Source of the DNA: Cladosporium halotolerans
Lineage: Eukaryota
Direction of reading: 5' to 3'
Length of the DNA: 64,000 nucleotides
Assembly: GCF_011745625.1 (NCBI RefSeq)
Contig: NW_027191454.1
Coordinates: 434,001 to 498,000, forward strand
Position 1 is the stretch's first letter. The number at the start of each line of letters is the position of its first letter. The position numbers and the translations under genes were made by a program. This document shows positions 57,853-64,000 of the stretch, one piece after another. A model generated the notes under the pieces. It did no database searches. It worked only from the letters and a program-made list of their open reading frames with translations, and was not told the DNA's origin.

Positions 57853-60221
57853 TCACTGCGTCGGCATGAAGTTGAGGTCCTGCCATCCAGGGTAGGCGAA
57901 GTCTTGCTCCAGCAATCCCACAAGCGAGCTGTTGCCGTAGAACCAGTCGTTCAGGTAATTCGCATCCAGCTGGTTGCCGCCCGCCGAGTTGCCCGCGAAC
58001 GTCTCCGGCGCGGGCGGCGCGAAGCCGATCGTCGACAAGTAGCCGTCGATGTCGTTGATGGCCGGCTGCATAGATGCCTGCGCGGAAGGCACGGCGTCGG
58101 CTTGGTTGAGCGCTGGACGCTGGGCTTCCTGCGCCTTCGACTGCACGTAGAGGTCCGCGACTTTCTGGAAGACGTCGCAGAGGCGGGAGAGCTTGGCGAC
58201 GCCGCCGGACAGGTGGCTGAACGACTGCAGGGTCGCGACCCAGTCGCCCAGCAGGCGGAGGTCGAAGTCCGCGTTCGCCGGGTTGGCGATGATGTGGCAG
58301 AAGACGACGGTGAAGGGCGTGAAGGGCGCGTGCAGCAGCGTCCAGTGCGCGTGCGCGCTCCACATGGATTCGGGGAGGTCGGAGTGCGTGCGCCGCATTT
58401 CGATGGAGAGCCAGAGGGCGTGCCGGGCGGCTTTGAGGGCGGGGGATTCGCTGCTTTGCGCGGACATTGTTGCGTGTTGGACGAGGGCGACGGTACTGTA
58501 GTGCATGATGGAGTCGGACTCGCGGAGGAGGAACAGGTATGACGCTGGAGAGCCGTTCAATGTCTGTGGCGAGAAGACTTCGCGGGCATCCCACACCTCT
58601 TGCAAGCGGACAACGAGCTTTGCTGCGCGCTTTGATCGTTCCTCAGGGGACTGCTGTAGCGCGGCTGGGGAGTAGAGGTGCTCCACAGCCTGACATTGAA
58701 CTCTGCCGAGTTCTACCCAGTAGTGCAAGACTCCAACAGCGGCATTAGAGACAAGCCCGTTGTGAGAAACCATTGGCACCGTGATGTCGTGATCGCGTAT
58801 CACTGGCGAACGACCAAGACGAATCGAAAAACTTGTGTCGAAAGTGTACACCATCCAGAAGAGATAGATCTTGTGCTGTCGTGCCTGCTCACTGTCAGAC
58901 TGCATGGAGGATAATCTGTTGTAGCCCAGTGTGATGACCATCGTCGCGGCAGTCGATGTCAGGGTCAGCGCCAAGTACGGCTTGCACAACTCAATGGCCG
59001 ATGTCGCCTACGAAAGTCAGTGACTGCGGGTGCGTGTGTAGATATTGCGACTTACGCCGATGATCAGAGCAGTGATAGCTTCTGTGCTAGGCATGATGAT
59101 AAGCGGCAGTTCTCCTATGGCAGCTTCCAGTTTCGCCAGAAACATGCGCGCCAATATCGAGTAACGTTTGGTTATGGCGACATCCTTCTCGAACTCGCTG
59201 TATTCAATACATAGTTCGAAGAGGACGCCGAAGACAAGAACTCGTCTGACGGGTCCGCAATCCTTCGGATGATTGAACATATCCTCACACTTCTGCTTCA
59301 TTGGGCCAACCGAAAGAACAGGGAAGAATGTGAAGATCACACTGTCTGCGCTAGACGTCAGTTTGCTTCATTACAACGAGGGGAATTCGACACTCACTGT
59401 CTGCTCGCTTCAATATTTCATAAATTTCTGCCCGTGATGGCGGAGGTGCCCTATCGACAGGTCGCGTCCACAGAGTATTGGTAAGGTCTGCTGTGTTAGG
59501 ATTCTCGTTAATCTTGCCTAACATATCCTTCAAAGATCCTAACGCGCTCGCTAGAGCCGGGTTCTGGTCAATCACAGGGCTGTTGCCTACAGCCTGTTCT
59601 ACGACCTTGCTTGCTAGAACTGAATGGGTATTGGCCGTGGCATCGAAGGCTTCGACTGCGGTGGCTCGGTCGGTCAACACCGCGGAAGGTGTGGAAGTAC
59701 TTTGACCACCCGGCGATGTGAAGACATTTGCCGGAGTCTGAGCTGGAATTGAGGCGTTGCCATGAGATGCCGGGCTAGAAGGTGTCGGCATGCGTTTAAG
59801 GTAAGCCTCGATGTTGGCCAGACGATCTCCAATCCGATCAATCTTCTTCTCACTACGGAAAACGATCAGCAAAAGAGCATGGCACTAAAATGATAAACGA
59901 CTTACTATTCCTTCGTAATGATTACCCTTGAGCGTGGTTCCTTTTCCTCGTTGCGGCTCGTTCGACATACTTCAATCGCGTCAGCTTCGAGACTATAGCG
60001 TAAGAGTGGTGGATGGCAGATAATCATACTTGCGCCGCTACTCTTGCAATTTGAGCATGGAGATCCTTTGTCGCAACGCACTTTTCTGTGCTTGCAGGCA
60101 TCGCACTGTCCTCGTCAGCGATCCGTATGAGGTTCGGCGAGAAACGCCATGCCGATTCGGCTGGCAGGCGGCGGATACGTACAGCGCGTTGCGCGGACAT
60201 CAGACCTGCGTCCTGTGACAT
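57853..60221 (-). CDS. Zn(II)2Cys6 transcription factor with fungal-specific TF (middle homology) domain, 6 exons
   Basis: ATG at 60221 or 60200; introns 60106-60182, 59970-60029, 59853-59905, 59346-59397 and 59008-59055. RA/CDACKHRKVRCDKGSPCSNCKSSGA/ICRT; LFWMVYTFDTSFSIRLGRSPVIRDHDI. Confidence 0.88.
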
Positions 60222-60351
60222 CCCAAGGATTTGGTGGGCGGGTCAGCCACGATTCGACTAGGGCAGGAGGGTATATTGGCACTTGACAGCGGCTGCCTGG
60301 GGCTCAGTTTCTGCTGCATGTGCTGCGTCTGAGCCGATGGAGCCTCTCGGT

Positions 60352-60373
60352 CTCGGGGCCGATCGGCCCCGAG
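60352..60373. promoter_or_regulatory. Perfect 22-bp palindrome in the TF/ABC transporter divergent promoter
   Basis: CTCGGGGCCGA|TCGGCCCCGAG is its own reverse complement. Confidence 0.6.
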
Positions 60374-60883
60374 GCATTGACAGCACCACCAAGCGGGCCC
60401 CTCCGTCAGCTTCGGCCAATCAGCACACGCGCTCGCACTCTCGCATTCAGCGGGCTGGCCCCACTCTTAGCACTCCAGCCTCGCCAAAGACACTGGGCGC
60501 ATGCCATTCCTGCACTCAAAGTTCGAAGCTTTGGCGTAGATGATGCGGCGGCGCGACTGTGTTGCCTGATGAGTGTCTCGGTGTCATGTATACATCGGGA
60601 TCTTTATCATGGCCTGCCATCGGCATCATTGAAGACCCGGTCGCTCTCGCTCGCTTTCGGTCCCATCTTTCTACATATCGGACGACTAGCTTGGCAGATA
60701 TGGACGCCCCTATCATGTAGTCGTTGCTCCCGTCGCTCTCGGATACGGAGATCTCGTCAGTTCCGTCTTTCTGAGGCGTGCGTCGACAGGGCCCCACGAT
60801 CATATATTATCATGCGGCGGTCATTGTGAGTTTCGTAGTCCTCACATCCCGCAGCCTGCGACGACCCGTCCCACAACATCGCA

Positions 60884-63800
60884 ATGTCTTCAGAGAAGAG
60901 CGAATCTGGAGGCGATGCCTCCAAGGATGAGAGCCCTAAGCCTTCGGGGTTCAAGAGTTATATGGTAAGCACGTTTTGGTCAAGCTAGCCGTCGATGGCT
61001 CATGTACTGATACAGCCTCGTTGCAGCGAGTACTCAGCTATGCAGATGGCGTGAGTCTCGCTCTCTACGCAGTGTCCTTCATTGCTGCTATCGCCGCTGG
61101 TACCGCACTTCCGTTCATGGACATTGTCTTTGGCAAATTCGTCACTACTTTCAACAATTTTGCCATCGGCCTTTTGACTCCAGCCGAATATATGAGCGAG
61201 GTCCGGAAGTTCACGCTTTACTTCATCTACCTCTTCATTGCCAAGTTTGTTCTGGTCTATGTCCACTCACTGGCGTCTTCGATTGCCGCTCTCCGTACGA
61301 CAAAAGCCCTTCGGCTCGACTTCTTACAATGCCTCCTGCGCCAGGACATGACATATTTCGATACGAAGGCCGGCGGCTCGCCTTCAATCGCGGTGACAAC
61401 GAACGGCAACAATGTCAACAACGGCATCTCGGACAAGCTCACTCTTCTGATACAGAGCATTTCCACCATGGCAACCGCTTTCATCATTGCTCTTGCCATT
61501 CAATGGAAGCTCACCCTCATCTGTGTCTGCATTCTCCCGACAATCATTGTGATCATGGGGATCAGTGCCACAATTGAGATCATGCAAGAAAAAAAAGGCA
61601 TGGAGACCTACGCCAAGGCAGGACGCTTAGCTGAAGAGGTCTTCTCAAGCATCTCCACTGTCCATGCTTTCTGGCTCCAGCCATTGATGTTCCAGAAATA
61701 CGACGAATACCTTGCGGAAGCAGAGCGCTACGGTATGAAGAAGTCCCCTAATTATGGAGTGATGTTCTCGACTTCCTTTTTCTGTATCTACTCAGGATAT
61801 GGACTTGCATTCTGGCAGGGAATCCGGATGTATGCTTCGGGCGAGATTACTGAGCCTGGCAAAATTGTGACGTACGTGTCTTGCGAAAGCGTGGACTACC
61901 CATACAACATCTTTCTCAGAATTGACGCTAACAGCAGCGTAGTGTAATCTTCGCTCTCATAGTAGCAGCAACAGCAATGACCACAGTGATCTTCCAAATC
62001 TTCAGCATCACCAAGGCCGCCACTGCAGCAGACGAACTGTTTGCCACAATCGATAAACAATCCTCAATAGATCCTATGTCAAGCGTAGGCCTGCAGCCCG
62101 AACATTGCATTGGTGACATCGAACTGGAGGATGTTCGCTTTGCTTATCCCTCTCGGCCGGATAGCCAGGTTCTTGATTCTCTCACCCTTTCGATCCCTGC
62201 TCGGAAAACTACCGCCCTGGTTGGAGCCAGTGGATCTGGCAAAAGTACTATTGTTGCTCTCTTGGAGCGCTGGTATGACCAAACAGCTGGTTCAATCACA
62301 TTGGATGGAATCAACATTCGTGAATTGAACTTGCGCTACCTCCGCACCAAAATCCGTCTTGTACAGCAAGAGCCGGTCTTGTTCAGCGGCACCGTATTTG
62401 ACAATGTCGTCTACGGACTCCTTGGGACTGAGAACGAGAATGCATCTGAAGAGAAGAAGCTGCAGCTTGTTAAAGATGCATGCAAAGATGCTTTTGCTCA
62501 CGAGTTCATCGAACAACTCCCTGAGCAATACTACACTAAAATTGGAGAACGCGCCAGGATGCTTTCTGGTGGTGAGTACCCTCCTTTGAATGGTGAGAAT
62601 GACTTCCTACAGTTGACACTGAACACGCAGGCCAAAAGCAAAGAATTGCTATCGCAAGAAGTATCATATCGAACCCTCCTATCTTGTTGCTGGATGAAGC
62701 AACCAGTGCTCTTGATCCGAGAGCCGAGAAAATCGTCCAGCAAGCGCTCGACAATGTTAGTGCGAACAGGACGACCATTACAATTGCACACAAACTTTCA
62801 ACTATTCAGAAAGCCGACAACATTGCTGTCATGTCGCAAGGCGCTGTGATCGAGCAAGGTACTCACAATGGCCTCTTGGCTCAAGGCGGTGCCTATGCCA
62901 AGCTTGTCCACTCGCAGGACCTCGAGCGTGCTACGGACAAACGTGGGAGTGACGCTGAAGAGGTCTCGGACGAAGAAATGCTAGAAGACGAAGATTCGAA
63001 CCCACGAAAACTGGCTCTGAAGCGGACGGTAAGCTCAGCGGGAAGCGCCAACGTCCCCGGTGATAAGAAAGAGACAACCGAAACAATGGGCTATGGTCTC
63101 TTCAGATGCCTTTGCCTTCTCGTCAGGGAACAACCAGAGCTTTGGTATCTCTATGTCATCACTGCAATTGTGTCTATCCTTGGCGGAGGCACACTTGCCG
63201 CGCAAGCGATTCTGTTCTCGCGCACCTTCAACGTCTTCCAGATGACCGGTAGCGAAGCAACTTCCGAGGGCGATTTTTGGTCACTCATGTTCTTCGTCGT
63301 CGCGATCGCCAACTGGTTCCTCTACTTCAGTCTGGGCTGGACGTGCAACGTGATCTCGCAGAAAGTCACCCGCCGATACAGGCTCGAGCTGTTCAAGAAC
63401 ACCGTCAAGCAAGACATCGCCTTCTTCGACAAAGAAGAGAACGCCACCGGAGCGACTACAGCCCGGCTTTCTCGATGTGCTACGGACCTACAGGAGCTTC
63501 TCAGCGGCAACGCTGGCCTGGTAGTCACCAATGTCGTCACCACGATATCTTGCAGTATCCTGGGTATCGCGTATGGCTGGAAGCTGGGACTCGTGTGCAC
63601 ATTTGCTGCCATGCCACCGCTCATTCTGGGTGGATATTACGGTATTCGTCTTGCCTACAAGCTTGACGAGGATACTGAGACGCGCTTCGCTGGAAGCGCT
63701 GCCATCGCCGCTGAAGCCGTCTCCTCTATTAGGACAGTGGCTTCTCTTGTTTTAGAGAGCACTGTGCTACGGCACTATGAGGAATGCTTGACCATGGTTG

Positions 63801-64000
63801 CCAAGAAGTCTAAGAAGAAGCTCTCGTTGACCCTGATATTCTACTCTCTGACACAGAGTATCAACTTCTTGGCGATGGCACTCGGTTTCTGGTAAGATTC
63901 TCCCCTTTGTTGACAAAGCACTTCGAGCTGCAACCTTTCAGCCTTTTGACCATCCTCTGACAACGAATAGGTATGGCAGCAAGCTTGTCAGCACCGGGGA
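60884..64000 (+). CDS. ABCB/MDR1-type full-length ABC multidrug transporter (3' end beyond the window)
   Basis: ATG at 60884; introns 60965-61026, 61872-61942, 62572-62630 and 63892-63970. TMD1, Walker [11 protein letters not shown]-loop VQQEPVLF, signature [13 protein letters not shown], Walker [12 protein letters not shown], then the start of TMD2. Confidence 0.95.

Noticed and set aside
57062..58594. 510-aa minus-strand ORF spanning the TF 3' end and antisense to the MFS
   Set aside because: Alternative-frame/antisense shadow over two GC-rich coding ends; both real frames are already explained.

Overview
Gene-dense, GC-rich window from a filamentous ascomycete. The short GT-AG introns with CTRAC branch points and the gene content suggest a Dothideomycete, but the taxon is an inference. 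From 1 to 50 kb it is mostly core genes: a long hypothetical protein, WASP/Las17, Spg1/Tem1 GTPase, Tul1/DscA E3 ligase, a type II membrane protein, a DHA2 MFS transporter, a DUF4449-like protein, an RFTS-domain (Raf2/DIM-7-like) protein, Pus4, an 87-aa three-exon HSBP1 gene absent from the ORF track, Ebp2, DUF1264/OBAP, Dot1, a centrin-like EF-hand protein, a repeat-rich orphan, mitochondrial uL15m and, after a ~7.8 kb intergenic stretch, a Clg1-like cyclin. Beyond an intron-containing tRNA-Cys(GCA) lies a transport/detoxification block: Upc2-like Zn2Cys6 TF divergent from RTA1, an ACS-family MFS, and a second Zn2Cys6 TF divergent from an ABCB/MDR1 transporter that runs off the window end. 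Both divergent promoters carry conspicuous CGG-containing palindromes. Exon boundaries were read by eye from splice signals and frame continuity, and family calls come from motif recognition, not database searches. No transposon or CRISPR array was recognised.
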